The position numbers were made by a program, and so were the translations under genes. From an uncultured Candidatus Saccharibacteria bacterium (GTDB lineage Bacteria; Patescibacteriota; Minisyncoccia; Phycocordibacterales; UBA9973), in NCBI GenBank assembly GCA_964610995.1, contig CAZSWF010000003.1, positions 1-54,791 on the forward strand: DNA of 54,791 bases, written 5' to 3'. Positions 17,316 to 26,803 of the stretch are shown piece after piece (position 1 is the first letter of the stretch; every line of letters begins with the position of its first letter). The notes beneath the pieces were generated by a model. The model was not told the DNA's origin. It ran no database searches and worked only from the letters and a program-made list of their open reading frames with translations.

Positions 17316-19240
17316 TACTCCAATACTTTTTGCAGTTGCTCAGATGAGACTTCTGCAGTATTCGGAGACACTTGCTTAGGCTGATATGCGGCAGGCGCTT
17401 CTGGACTCGGAGGCGCAGTAGCCGGACGAGGTGCAGGTGGTGGAGTGACAGTAGCTACGTCTTTGAGAGCGCCTTGGAGCGCTGCCTTGAGTAGGTCGCG
17501 ATTTTTCTCTGTAGGACCACGCTCAGCATGCTTGACTGGCATGACCACTTCTCGTAGTGGTTTCTCTCCTATGAATGGTGCCTCTGGTGCCTTTTTCTCT
17601 GGCACGATCAGTGTCGGTGTGGTGGTGTCGATTGCATCGAGGAGCTGCTTGAGCTCGGGAGAAGTCGTCACTGTGACCTCGTGTGTATGGGTGACCTGCT
17701 CTTTGTCGTGCACCACGACAGTGTTCGTTGGTGCTGGTGCGGCGGGCTTGGGCAACACCTTTGCAAATGGTTTGTGTACTTCGTCTGTAGGTCGTGGAGC
17801 TTGGCTCTTGAACAAGCCACGCGCAGGAGTGCTGTTGCGAATAAATCCTGTAGCAGGCTGCTCACGTGCAATGAATGGTCGTGGTGTTTGTACTTCGACA
17901 AATTTCTTTTTCGGTTTCTCGTCGGCCATGCGGTCGCCAGCACCCTCTGCGAACCAGTCAGCGATGTTTTTCTCTACGACTTCTTTGGGGTTGGCATATG
18001 CTGCACGTGAGCTCTCGATCGCTTGGTTGCGGAAGGTAATCGCAGGGCGCGCAAGTGGTGGCAGTGTGCGCGCAGAAAAAGGTTGTGAACCAATGTCGTT
18101 GATCATGAGGGACAAATAAATCTCTGCCATACCCAGGTTGATGATGTCGTTGGCAGTAAACTGCGGTGCAAATACTTTTTCCAAAAGCTCTGCATCGAGC
18201 GGGCCCACACGAAATGATATCGTCGTACCCACGTTGCCAAACACTGCATCACGTACCTTTTCTTCCATTTGTGCGACATACTGGTGCGCAATAATGAGTG
18301 CAAGTTTGTACTTGCGCGCCTCAGCCAAGATGTCGGCAAATGTTTCGTTGGCAAATGACTGAAACTCGTCGACGTAGAAATAAAAGTTGGGTAGTCCCCC
18401 CATCCGACTCGATGACAACTCAGCACGACTCATAGCAGCAAGGTAAATCTTGGTGATGATCATACTACCGAGAAGTGAAGTGTTGGTGTCTCCAATACGT
18501 CCTTTGGAGAGGTTGATGATCAATATCTTTTGCTCATCCATCACCTGACGGATATCAAACGTCGACTTGGCTTGCCCGATGATGTTGCGCACGAGCGGGT
18601 TGGCGGTGAACTGTCCGATTTTGTTCTGGATCGCAGGCACTGCCTCGGCTGCCATACGCTCGGTATAGTTGGCAAACTCTTCGGTCCAGAATGCTTTGAC
18701 TGCAGCATCGGTGATGTTGTCGACAACCTTTTTACGAAATGCTTTTTCTGAAAGCATGCGGTTGACCCCGAGCAGTGTGGCACCAGGATACTCAAGGAGT
18801 GCGAGCAAGGTGTTGGTAAGGATGTACTCCATACGAGCAGACCATGCGTCTACCCATATTTTCTTGAACGTACTCATGAGCCCCGATACTACCAAGTGTC
18901 GGCGATCTGCACCTACGTCTTCGAGTACGTTGAACGAGATCGGGTTGTCGGTATCAAACGGCGCGAGATACACCACGTCTTTGATACGGTGCTCAGGGAT
19001 GTACTCGAGCATTTTCTCAGCAAATGATCCGTGTGGATCGAGCACCGCGACACCTTCACCATGTGCGATGTCTTGGATCGCCATGTTCTCAAGCAGTGTG
19101 GACTTACCCACACCAGATTTACCGATCACATACATGTGGCGGGTGCGGTCGCGACTTTTTATACCAAACTTGATACGCTGCCCTCTCGCATCGGTTTCGG
19201 CAAAGTACGTAACATGCTCCGGATCATAGGGAACGGTCAT
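17315..19240 (-). CDS. VirD4/TraD/TrwB-like (type IV coupling protein-like) P-loop ATPase with Pro/Ala-rich tail
   Basis: Walker A VIGKSGVGKST, Walker B FYFYVDEFQSF, HQY motif. No TM seen. Start refined to MTVPYDPEH (TGcTATACT 10 nt upstream). Confidence 0.7.
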   Translation of the reverse strand: MTVPYDPEHVTYFAETDARGQRIKFGIKSRDRTRHMYVIGKSGVGKSTLLENMAIQDIAHGEGVAVLDPHGSFAEKMLEYIPEHRIKDVVYLAPFDTDNPISFNVLEDVGADRRHLVVSGLMSTFKKIWVDAWSARMEYILTNTLLALLEYPGATLLGVNRMLSEKAFRKKVVDNITDAAVKAFWTEEFANYTERMAAEAVPAIQNKIGQFTANPLVRNIIGQAKSTFDIRQVMDEQKILIINLSKGRIGDTNTSLLGSMIITKIYLAAMSRAELSSSRMGGLPNFYFYVDEFQSFANETFADILAEARKYKLALIIAHQYVAQMEEKVRDAVFGNVGTTISFRVGPLDAELLEKVFAPQFTANDIINLGMAEIYLSLMINDIGSQPFSARTLPPLARPAITFRNQAIESSRAAYANPKEVVEKNIADWFAEGAGDRMADEKPKKKFVEVQTPRPFIAREQPATGFIRNSTPARGLFKSQAPRPTDEVHKPFAKVLPKPAAPAPTNTVVVHDKEQVTHTHEVTVTTSPELKQLLDAIDTTTPTLIVPEKKAPEAPFIGEKPLREVVMPVKHAERGPTEKNRDLLKAALQGALKDVATVTPPPAPRPATAPPSPEAPAAYQPKQVSPNTAEVSSEQLQKVLE

Positions 19241-19250
19241 AGGTATGTAC

Positions 19251-19259
19251 AGTATAGCA
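19251..19259 (-). promoter_or_regulatory. Extended -10 TGcTATACT, 10 nt before ATG 19240
   Basis: Minus strand reads TGcTATACTgtacatacctATG. Confidence 0.45.
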
Positions 19260-19270
19260 AATAAAGAATT

Positions 19271-19294
19271 AAAAAAACCGCTATTGCTAGCGGT
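19271..19294 (-). terminator. Intrinsic terminator after the 219-aa gene
   Basis: Minus strand reads ACCGCTA-gcaa-TAGCGGT followed by TTTTTTT. Confidence 0.7.
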
Positions 19295-19311
19295 GACAGT
19301 GTTTTGAAAAA

Positions 19312-19971
19312 TCACTGACGGTGTAAAAGATTATCTGGGGTTCGCGGACGTCGAACTATTCTTAAATCCTTTTCTCTTCTTATAATTCCAAACCTTGGTC
19401 TTATTGTTTTTTGATAATACTGGCGAATTCGCTTGGTTTTCAAAATTTCGGATCTTATTTTATCTGGAATCGAATGGTAAAAAGAAATTTTTTCCTTAGT
19501 ATTAACCGAAACCCAATTGTAATTTCGATCCAATGTACCCTTAAGCTCCATTCGCTGCTTCTTTGCATCAATCGGCCGATGATTCAATGCGTGTACCAAG
19601 AATGTGATTTCATCACAGACCCTATACATAAAATCATCTCCAACTCTTTTGAAATAAGATGTATAAACAGCTTTTTCTCCTACGCCTTTTTTTAAAGTAA
19701 CAATGCGTATCCAGATCCTGCCGGTTTTTGTAAAATTCTTCACTTTCCTATCATAAGATGATCGAATCTTTATTTTATATCCGTTGATCTCTTTTTTAAA
19801 AGAAACTTGATTTTTTGTTTCTTGAACCCGAGGTAAATCTAATTCATCATAGTCAATAATTTCTTTGACCTGCAATTCTTCTTCGGATGTAATTTCATCA
19901 AAACCAAGTTTCTTACAGTAATATTCTAGTTTATTGAAAAGCATTCTTGCTTCTGTTTTACTAATTTTCAT
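19312..19971 (-). CDS. Hypothetical basic protein (219 aa), AT-rich cassette
   Basis: Clean ORF, Lys/Arg-rich C-terminus, own TGgTATTAT box (20012-20020) and own terminator. Confidence 0.55.
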   Translation of the reverse strand: MKISKTEARMLFNKLEYYCKKLGFDEITSEEELQVKEIIDYDELDLPRVQETKNQVSFKKEINGYKIKIRSSYDRKVKNFTKTGRIWIRIVTLKKGVGEKAVYTSYFKRVGDDFMYRVCDEITFLVHALNHRPIDAKKQRMELKGTLDRNYNWVSVNTKEKISFYHSIPDKIRSEILKTKRIRQYYQKTIRPRFGIIRREKDLRIVRRPRTPDNLLHRQ

Positions 19972-20030
19972 CTATTTTAATTTTAAGGTTCAAAATATTT
20001 TTATCGTTTATATAATACCACATATTTACA

Positions 20031-20061
20031 AAAAAGAAAGACCGCTCGTTACGGTCTTTCT
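20031..20061 (-). terminator. Intrinsic terminator
   Basis: Minus strand reads GAAAGACCG-taacgag-CGGTCTTTC followed by TTTTT. Confidence 0.75.
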
Positions 20062-20078
20062 ACTATCGGCATTGTCTA

Positions 20079-20141
20079 TTATTTCGCTGCTTTCTTGGGT
20101 TTCTTTTTATCTTTTTGTTGTCGGTTGTTACCTTTGGCCAT
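20079..20141 (-). CDS. Candidate 20-aa lysine-rich sORF (MAKGNNRQQKDKKKPKKAAK)
   Basis: ATG 20141 to TAA 20079. The strong terminator lies 18 nt downstream and a TATAAA box 10 nt upstream. Found by eye, not in the ORF track. Confidence 0.3.
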   Translation of the reverse strand: MAKGNNRQQKDKKKPKKAAK

Positions 20142-20182
20142 ACTCAAAATATTTATATTGGTACATGTATAGTATACGTCTG

Positions 20183-21865
20183 TTAGCCTTTTCCTTCAAG
20201 CACCATCATCATGCGCGCGATGCGCAACTCGTCGTATGAGTATCGATCCTTGAACACTTCACGAATAGGAGTAAGTTGCGATGTATCTGCAGCAATGAAT
20301 GCATGCTTTATGTCGCTGTAGCCTTTGCCAATACGTTCGGTGATCAAATACGCGATGTCGTCATAGGCAAGTCTGCGCTGCATGACGAGTTTCTCTAGGT
20401 GGCCAAATATAGTGGTGGGTGCCAAGTCGCGCTCTTTGCTTATAGTTTTGATCGGTTTACCCTGGAGTACGAGCATGAGAGTAGCCTCGAGTGTGTCGAC
20501 TTTTTCTTTCTTTTGTTTCGATACCTTTTTGCTCACGGTACCACCACAGGCGAGGATGAAGTTGCGATGCATCATCTCACGCTCATCTCTGGGGATGTCG
20601 CCAAACATCACTGCGGCAGCTTCTGACTGTTGGACAAATGTGCTATCGATAGCGAGTATGCGCGGATGGACCTGAAACGTGCGCTCGTTCCATCCGAGTA
20701 AATGAAGCCCGTCGAGTGTGCGCACCCGAGACAGTGCCACGTAGCCTTGCCCGTACTCAAACACTTCGCGCAGATCCATGACTGCACTGTCGAGCGACAT
20801 ACCCTGACTCTTGTGGATAGTGATCGCCCATGCGAGCCGCAGCGGGATCTGGGTGATGCGTGCTTTTTCTTTACCGTTTTCTTCGACGATCCACGACTCG
20901 GGTTCTATGGTGATGCGGTCTCCGCTTTTGGTCTCGATCACCGGGTACTTGGTCATCGACTCAAACGATACTACGGTACCGAGCGTGCCATTGACGTATC
21001 CTTTTTGAACATTGTTTTTCGTACACATGACTGTTGCACCCACTTTGAGCATGAGTTTCTCGGGCGAGAGGCATCCCTTTTGCAATGCGGCGACGAGCGA
21101 GTCCTTACCTTTGCTTGTCATAGTATAGATAGTCGGGAGACTATCGAGCTTGCTGAGCTCATGATCGTTGATCGTGTCTACGTCGGTGTTGTGTGAAAAG
21201 AGGCGCGTGAGTGTCGCGTCGGGGTCGAGAGCGTCGTCTGCGTCGTAGCGCCGACGCTCGAGGTGTTGATGATGCGCATCACTGTACGTATTTTTGCGAA
21301 TTGCAGAAAGTACTGACAGAAACTCATGATCACTCTGACGATGCTGCTCGGTCAGATAGCAGATCACCGGTTGCATACGGCGCCACGCATCACTCTCAAA
21401 CGCAAAGCGCGCCTGATCCCCACTTCTGCTCACTGGTGGTAGTTGAAAGAAGTCTCCGACGAGCACCACCTGTATCCCCCCAAATGCTTCATCACGGCTG
21501 CGCATCTCGCGACAGAGTATGTCGATCATATCGAGTATCGTTGCATCGATCATAGAGACTTCGTCGATGATGAGTACCTTGGTGTTCTGAATGCGCTTAA
21601 CCAGATACTCAGTTGTCGTGAGCTGATCAAGGTCATACGGACCTAGAGATCTTCGAATACCAATGCCACTCCATGAATGAATAGTTTGTCCATGAATATG
21701 TGTGGCTGCGATACCAGTCGATGCAGTGATCGCAGGCTCGACACCATGCGCTCGCAGATATGCCACGTACTGGTTGATCGTATGTGTTTTACCCGCACCA
21801 GGTTCTCCAGTGAGAAATACGTTTGCTCCAGTTTTGAGTATATCGAGCGCTTGGGCTTGGGTCAT
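20183..21865 (-). CDS. Pif1/RecD-like SF1B DNA helicase with C-terminal HTH-like domain
   Basis: FLTGEPGAGKTH, LIIDEVSMI, VLVGDFFQLPPV, ITIHKSQGMSLD. Start refined to MTQAQALDIL. Confidence 0.8.
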   Translation of the reverse strand: MTQAQALDILKTGANVFLTGEPGAGKTHTINQYVAYLRAHGVEPAITASTGIAATHIHGQTIHSWSGIGIRRSLGPYDLDQLTTTEYLVKRIQNTKVLIIDEVSMIDATILDMIDILCREMRSRDEAFGGIQVVLVGDFFQLPPVSRSGDQARFAFESDAWRRMQPVICYLTEQHRQSDHEFLSVLSAIRKNTYSDAHHQHLERRRYDADDALDPDATLTRLFSHNTDVDTINDHELSKLDSLPTIYTMTSKGKDSLVAALQKGCLSPEKLMLKVGATVMCTKNNVQKGYVNGTLGTVVSFESMTKYPVIETKSGDRITIEPESWIVEENGKEKARITQIPLRLAWAITIHKSQGMSLDSAVMDLREVFEYGQGYVALSRVRTLDGLHLLGWNERTFQVHPRILAIDSTFVQQSEAAAVMFGDIPRDEREMMHRNFILACGGTVSKKVSKQKKEKVDTLEATLMLVLQGKPIKTISKERDLAPTTIFGHLEKLVMQRRLAYDDIAYLITERIGKGYSDIKHAFIAADTSQLTPIREVFKDRYSYDELRIARMMMVLEGKG

Positions 21866-21916
21866 GTGGGGATAGTGTACTACAGGGAGATAAAAATAAA
21901 ATAAAACCCATGTATA

Positions 21917-21944
21917 CAAAAACCCCGCTACAATTGCAGCGGGG
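21917..21944 (-). terminator. Intrinsic terminator after the lipoprotein gene
   Basis: Minus strand reads CCCCGCT-gcaattgt-AGCGGGG followed by TTTTTG. Confidence 0.7.
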
Positions 21945-21969
21945 TCATTTTCCATAATTCAATACAATA

Positions 21970-23157
21970 CTAATACCTTCTGAGGGCAGACCTGGTATGT
22001 AAAATGGTGGGCTGGATTGTCATATCCAGCTTGTATCCATTTCTCCATCCCGCAGAGCTGAGCCCATAACTACCTACTGTTGCTGTACCAGGAACAACTA
22101 CCTTCCATGCGAAGTTTTGCCTGTACTGGTTTGCGCCACTATTTGCAGTAGCTGAACTGTACACCTTGATCCAGTTGCCATATACAGTACCTTTGTTGAG
22201 GTATACATGACTCGCAGGAGGCAGACTGAGGTCTTCGACTGGTTCTGCTTGAAATAAATCAGGATCAGTACTTGGGCCAAAATCTTGAGGTGTACCACTA
22301 ATAGTGATTTTCATCCAATTGGTGAATTCGATGGCTCCATATCCTGCTTTGTACACTATCTGAAATTTTCTGTGTGCAGTTACTACTTCAGATATAGTCG
22401 ACATGAAGTTTCCTAAACTATCACTATCGATAATGTCGACAGAGTCAGTGATGTTGCGTACACCAGATTCGTCTTCAATGTGTACTTTGAGATCTTGAAA
22501 ATAAAGACCTGAAGGTGTGCCGTTGTCGATAAATGCTGTTCGTATTGCAGGAGGGCCCTTGATAGCGAGACGCTTATCAACCGGAGCGGTGAATTTCACA
22601 ATTACAAGCTCACGTTCTACTCCATCAACAATCGGATCAGTAGACACTGGCAATGTTTCTATCACCGGAGCATCTCCATATCCAAACACTGTTTTCTGAC
22701 AAAGAGTATTTGGTGTAAGCCCATTGTTATACTGATCAAATACCTGCACGTACGTCGTCACTGTTCCAAAGAATAGCGCCGGCGCAGTTGCACGAAGTTT
22801 TACCGTAGTCTTCCCTTTAGGAAAAACCTGTAATGGCCACGTACCGTCCATAAAATACGGATGGGTTTTCACTACAGAATCAGTAGCGCTAAAGTGGTAC
22901 ACGATTTCCAGATCCTTTAACTTGCTGGGATCAAAGTCACTTTGAAATGTATTGGCAATAGAGATAGGCATTTCCGTATTTGTCACCACCTCTATGGTGT
23001 ACAACGGTATCTTTTGGGATGGCGTTGCGGCAGAGTATGCACTTACAATAGAGGTTAGTGTCGCGGTCGGTTCTACCGGAGTATCAGGTACTGATTCTTT
23101 TTTGCAAGCAGCAAAGAAAACAAGTGCGGAGGCACAATAGAATGCGATTTTTTTCAT
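21970..23157 (-). CDS. Putative lipoprotein (395 aa), function unknown
   Basis: MKKIAFYCASALVFFAAC lipobox-like signal. The rest is beta-rich with no recognised domain. Confidence 0.6.
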   Translation of the reverse strand: MKKIAFYCASALVFFAACKKESVPDTPVEPTATLTSIVSAYSAATPSQKIPLYTIEVVTNTEMPISIANTFQSDFDPSKLKDLEIVYHFSATDSVVKTHPYFMDGTWPLQVFPKGKTTVKLRATAPALFFGTVTTYVQVFDQYNNGLTPNTLCQKTVFGYGDAPVIETLPVSTDPIVDGVERELVIVKFTAPVDKRLAIKGPPAIRTAFIDNGTPSGLYFQDLKVHIEDESGVRNITDSVDIIDSDSLGNFMSTISEVVTAHRKFQIVYKAGYGAIEFTNWMKITISGTPQDFGPSTDPDLFQAEPVEDLSLPPASHVYLNKGTVYGNWIKVYSSATANSGANQYRQNFAWKVVVPGTATVGSYGLSSAGWRNGYKLDMTIQPTILHTRSALRRY

Positions 23158-23223
23158 ATTGATTGTTTTATAGTTTTTGAAATGAGCTTGTTCTCTTTGA
23201 GGCAGAGATAGCCGTTTGTGCGC

Positions 23224-23252
23224 ATATTAGCACATATTTGTGCAAAAGTCAA
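23224..23252 (-). promoter_or_regulatory. Canonical promoter TTGACT-17-TAATAT (with upstream TG)
   Basis: Minus strand reads TTGACTtttgcacaaatatgtgcTAATAT, about 66 nt before the lipoprotein ATG. Confidence 0.55.
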
Positions 23253-23259
23253 TATCTTG

Positions 23260-23332
23260 TCCGCCCGCATGGACTTGAACCATGGACCACCGAGGTATAA
23301 GCTCGGCGCTCTACCAACTGAGCTACAGGCGG
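23260..23332 (-). tRNA. tRNA with anticodon UAU (Ile-AUA decoding by anticodon)
   Basis: Hand-folded: CCGCCTG/CGGGCGG acceptor, D arm GCTC-AGTTGGTA-GAGC, anticodon stem CCGAG/CTCGG, loop CTTATAC, T arm CATGG-TTCAAGT-CCATG, A73. No CCA is encoded. Confidence 0.75.
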
Positions 23333-23414
23333 AGAACCAGTCAATTCTATACGCGACCGGCAAAAAAAGAAACCCTTGTATCCCCCCAATATGGATATCT
23401 GGTACAATCCCTAT

Positions 23415-23891
23415 ATGATGAATGAATTTGTAGCAAAAAAGCTCGGAGAAGTATTGGCATTTACTAGCGTTGGCACCGACACGATAGAGCGTGGACGCGC
23501 TGCACTCGTCGAGGCGCTCGGTGCCGACAAGGTACAGGAAATGGAAGAAAAAAATCGCCTCCATGGCGAAACAGTAATCAAGGTGGCAACAGAGGCAGGT
23601 GTCATCGACACTACACTCACCAAGGCCGCAAAGACCGAAGACAAACTCAAGGCAATGCGCGATCTATACGTCGGCGATCAGTGGGACAATGCGACTGAGC
23701 TCCTCGAATGGAGTGGATTCTTTGAAGGAGCAGCGATCGTGCACTGGAACCTAGTCAAGGGCTGTGCGCAGGCGCTCGACAACGAAAACCTCCTCTTGCT
23801 CTGCCAAGAAGGAGTCACCTGGCACTACGAGCTCCTCGAAATGGGTGAAAGCGAACTCGAACAAGAAGGCGCCGACAAAGCTATGGTGTAA
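23415..23891 (+). CDS. Hypothetical acidic helical protein (158 aa)
   Basis: Start set at MMNEFVAKK, downstream of the tRNA. No motif recognised. Confidence 0.5.
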   Translation: MMNEFVAKKLGEVLAFTSVGTDTIERGRAALVEALGADKVQEMEEKNRLHGETVIKVATEAGVIDTTLTKAAKTEDKLKAMRDLYVGDQWDNATELLEWSGFFEGAAIVHWNLVKGCAQALDNENLLLLCQEGVTWHYELLEMGESELEQEGADKAMV

Positions 23892-24903
23892 ATGTTTTCG
23901 TCACCAGCATACTTTCATCAAATGGTATGAGTGCCTGTGGAATAAACTGACGAGACAACGTACTCACCTGTTCTGTATGGGTGAGTGCTTTTGTTTCTGG
24001 ATCGATAGACACAGTCGCGACCATACCGCGCATCGTGTGTGGTGAGAAGTATTGGTCGAAAATGAAGTTGCCGAGACTATAGTAAATGAGCTTGCCATTG
24101 TATTCCTCTACACGCTGCATGACGTGTGGGTGATGTCCTACAACAATATCAACTCCCGCGTCGACGAGCGAGCGAGCAGTCTTTTGCTGTCGAGTACTCG
24201 CCGGAGAATACTCATTGCCCCAGTGTACTGACATGACAAGTACATCCACGCCTTCTTTTGCACGAGCAACTATGGCTGCCATGTCGGGATCTGATGCAAG
24301 TAGTATGCCCGGTTTCGTTTCTGTTGCAGCAAGCCAGTTGGGACCCACGTCAGTCGCGGCCAAGAACCCGACTTTGACACCACGCACATCAATCACAGTT
24401 GGTGTTCTCACATCAGCGTACCGCTCTCCTGCTCCTGTATAGGAGATGTTGTTTGTCGTCAGTTGCGCGAGTGACTCGAGAAATCCTTCCATTGCCCAGT
24501 CTCCTACATGGTTGTTGGCAAATGACACGATATCAAAACCCGCCATACGCAATGCACCGAGACTCACTGGATCCATACGAAACGAAAACCGACTACCAAC
24601 ATTTCTCCCGCCATATGCGACCGAGCCTTCGAGGTTGCCAAAGGTGATATCGGATTCATTGAGATATGAAGTCTGCGCAAAAAGTGCACTATACTCTCCT
24701 CCAAAATTATTTTCGATACTCCGCCTGACCCCTCGATCCATCATGATATCTCCGACAAATGTAAGTGTGACAGGTTTGGGCTTACTCGATAGCGGGAGAA
24801 TCTGATGATCAGAACTCGTTGGAAACACTGCGTACCCTACTACAACTGCACACGCAATAACACCAATAACACTATACTTCAATTTTCTTGAGAGGAATGC
24901 CAT
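23881..24903 (-). CDS. CapA-family metallophosphatase-fold protein (poly-gamma-glutamate synthesis-like)
   Basis: N-terminal TM, LTFVGDIMMDRG, FGNLEG, FANNHVGDW, HWGNEY, VGHHPHV. Confidence 0.8.
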   Translation of the reverse strand: MAFLSRKLKYSVIGVIACAVVVGYAVFPTSSDHQILPLSSKPKPVTLTFVGDIMMDRGVRRSIENNFGGEYSALFAQTSYLNESDITFGNLEGSVAYGGRNVGSRFSFRMDPVSLGALRMAGFDIVSFANNHVGDWAMEGFLESLAQLTTNNISYTGAGERYADVRTPTVIDVRGVKVGFLAATDVGPNWLAATETKPGILLASDPDMAAIVARAKEGVDVLVMSVHWGNEYSPASTRQQKTARSLVDAGVDIVVGHHPHVMQRVEEYNGKLIYYSLGNFIFDQYFSPHTMRGMVATVSIDPETKALTHTEQVSTLSRQFIPQALIPFDESMLVTKTFTP

Positions 24904-26740
24904 GGGTAGTGAGGATCGCTTCGTACTCTGCTTGTTCGAGTGTTTCGACTTCGATCAGTTTTTGCGCGATCACATCGAGGATGGCTCGATGCTCTATGAG
25001 TACTTGCGTCGCACGAGCGAGACTTTCGTCCAAAATCCGTTTGATTTCTTGGCCAATGATGCGCGCAGATTCATGATCGGGCTTATCTCGATCAAACTGC
25101 TCACCAAACACTCCACGCCCACCTTCGTGCTCAAGTGCCACAGGCCCTATCAGATCACTCATACCCCACCTTGTAACCATAGCTCGCGCAAGTCCTGTTG
25201 CGACTTGGAGGTCGTTGGACGGTCCAGTGGTCGTGTCTCCGTACACAAGTTTCTCTGCAGCGTAGCCACCCATCGACATAGCGAGATCATCGAGGAACTC
25301 TGCCCTGGTCTGAAGCTTGCGCTCTTCGAGCGGTATTTTCATTGTGTATCCTCCTGCACGACCGCGTGCGACGATCGATATTTTGTGCACTGGATCTGCA
25401 TATGGGAGTACAGACGCCACAAGTGCATGTCCTGCTTCATGGTATGCAGTGAGTGCTTTTTCTTTTTTTGTAAACAGATGACTTTGACGTTCTGGTCCCA
25501 TCATCACTTTTTCAATAGAACGCACGAGATCAAATTGTGAAATCTTTTTTCTATTTTCTCGTGCAGCAAGGATCGCACCCTCGTTCATGAGCGAAAAGAG
25601 ATCTGCACCAGAGAACCCAGGAGTGCGCTCTGCGATCACTTTAAGGTTTACATCTTCACCAAATGGTTTCTTTGTAGAATGAACTTCAAGTATTTCTTCG
25701 CGGTCGCGGCGATCTGGGAGATCGAGGATGACTCGTCGATCAAAACGTCCCGGACGCAGAAGCGCAGGATCAAGCACATCGCTACGGTTGGTAGCGGCGA
25801 TCATGATCACCTTGTCGTTGGGTTCAAAGCCGTCCATTTCCACCAATATCTGGTTGAGTGTTTGCTCACGTTCATCGTTGCCTCCTCCGTAGCCACTGCC
25901 GCGCATACGACCGACCGCATCGATCTCATCAATAAAGATAATAGCTGGAGCTGCACGCTTTGCCATTTTAAACAGATCGCGAACACGGCTTGCTCCTACA
26001 CCGACAAACATTTCGACAAACTCAGATCCTGATAAATGAAAGAATGGTACATTGGCCTCCCCTGCTACTGCGCGAGCAAGAAGAGTCTTACCGGTACCAG
26101 GACTACCAGTCAGAAGTACGCCTTTGGGGATACGTGCGCCGATGTCGAGAAACTTCTTGGGGTTCTTGAGGAAGTCCACGATTTCTTTGAGTTCTTCTTT
26201 TGCTTCGCGAGCACCCGCGACATCTTTGAACGTGACTTTGTTGTTCTTGTCATTAGGGTCAGTGACACGCGCCTTGGACTGACCAAAACTAAATGCTTGC
26301 ATACCTGCACCTTTGGCTTGTCGTGACAACATCCAAAAGAAAAATATGATGAGTACTACAGGTAATATGATCGGCAATATGGATAGGAAAAAGAATCCTA
26401 CTGATGATTGTGATGCGATAGAGATATCTACTGCAGCAAGTTTTGCAGCATCAACACCATAACTTACCAGTGTCTCAGTGAGTGCTGCATCTGGCTCCTT
26501 TTTAGAAGTGAGTACTGTCTCGTCAGTTTTGGTGATCGAGAGATCTCCGCCATCGATACTGATAGCTGTGACTTCTCCGGCGCTGACCATTCGCGCTACT
26601 TCAGTAATACTGACCTCGGTAGGCTTGGTAGTGCTCACACGGCTCACTGCTGAGTACAGCACACTAATACCCGCAAATATAAGCAGTGTGGTGAAAAGAT
26701 ATGAAGACAACGGACGCTTTGGTTTCTGTTTGGATGGCAT
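24872..26740 (-). CDS. ftsH: ATP-dependent zinc metalloprotease FtsH
   Basis: Two N-terminal TMs, AAA+ [29 protein letters not shown] region, HEAGHA zinc site. Start refined to MPSKQKPK. Confidence 0.92.
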   Translation of the reverse strand: MPSKQKPKRPLSSYLFTTLLIFAGISVLYSAVSRVSTTKPTEVSITEVARMVSAGEVTAISIDGGDLSITKTDETVLTSKKEPDAALTETLVSYGVDAAKLAAVDISIASQSSVGFFFLSILPIILPVVLIIFFFWMLSRQAKGAGMQAFSFGQSKARVTDPNDKNNKVTFKDVAGAREAKEELKEIVDFLKNPKKFLDIGARIPKGVLLTGSPGTGKTLLARAVAGEANVPFFHLSGSEFVEMFVGVGASRVRDLFKMAKRAAPAIIFIDEIDAVGRMRGSGYGGGNDEREQTLNQILVEMDGFEPNDKVIMIAATNRSDVLDPALLRPGRFDRRVILDLPDRRDREEILEVHSTKKPFGEDVNLKVIAERTPGFSGADLFSLMNEGAILAARENRKKISQFDLVRSIEKVMMGPERQSHLFTKKEKALTAYHEAGHALVASVLPYADPVHKISIVARGRAGGYTMKIPLEERKLQTRAEFLDDLAMSMGGYAAEKLVYGDTTTGPSNDLQVATGLARAMVTRWGMSDLIGPVALEHEGGRGVFGEQFDRDKPDHESARIIGQEIKRILDESLARATQVLIEHRAILDVIAQKLIEVETLEQAEYEAILTTHGIPLKKIEV

Positions 26741-26749
26741 AGTGCAGAT

Positions 26750-26758
26750 AGTATAGCA
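26750..26758 (-). promoter_or_regulatory. Extended -10 TGcTATACT, 9 nt before the ftsH ATG
   Basis: Minus strand reads TGcTATACTatctgcactATG. Confidence 0.45.
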
Positions 26759-26785
26759 AAAACCACCCAAATGGGTGGTTTTTCT
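26757..26785 (-). terminator. Intrinsic terminator after the 877-aa surface protein gene
   Basis: CCACCC-aaat-GGGTGG flanked by A- and T-runs. Confidence 0.7.
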
Positions 26786-26803
26786 TTGAAATAGCAAGAG
26801 CGA

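Noticed and set aside
17445-18119. Long antisense ORFs inside GC-richer genes. Examples are 17445-18119, 27480-28187, 34487-35173, 37394-38080, 52925-53650, 9079-9570 and 31378-32082.
   Set aside because: Each lies opposite a gene with clear family motifs. Their translations are low-complexity (Ser/Arg/Ala/Cys-rich) with no motifs. This is typical of stop-poor antisense frames.
23154-23564. ORFs 23154-23564 (-) and 23218-23418 (+).
   Set aside because: Both run across the tRNA at 23260-23332 and its promoter region. Their translations have no protein-like features.
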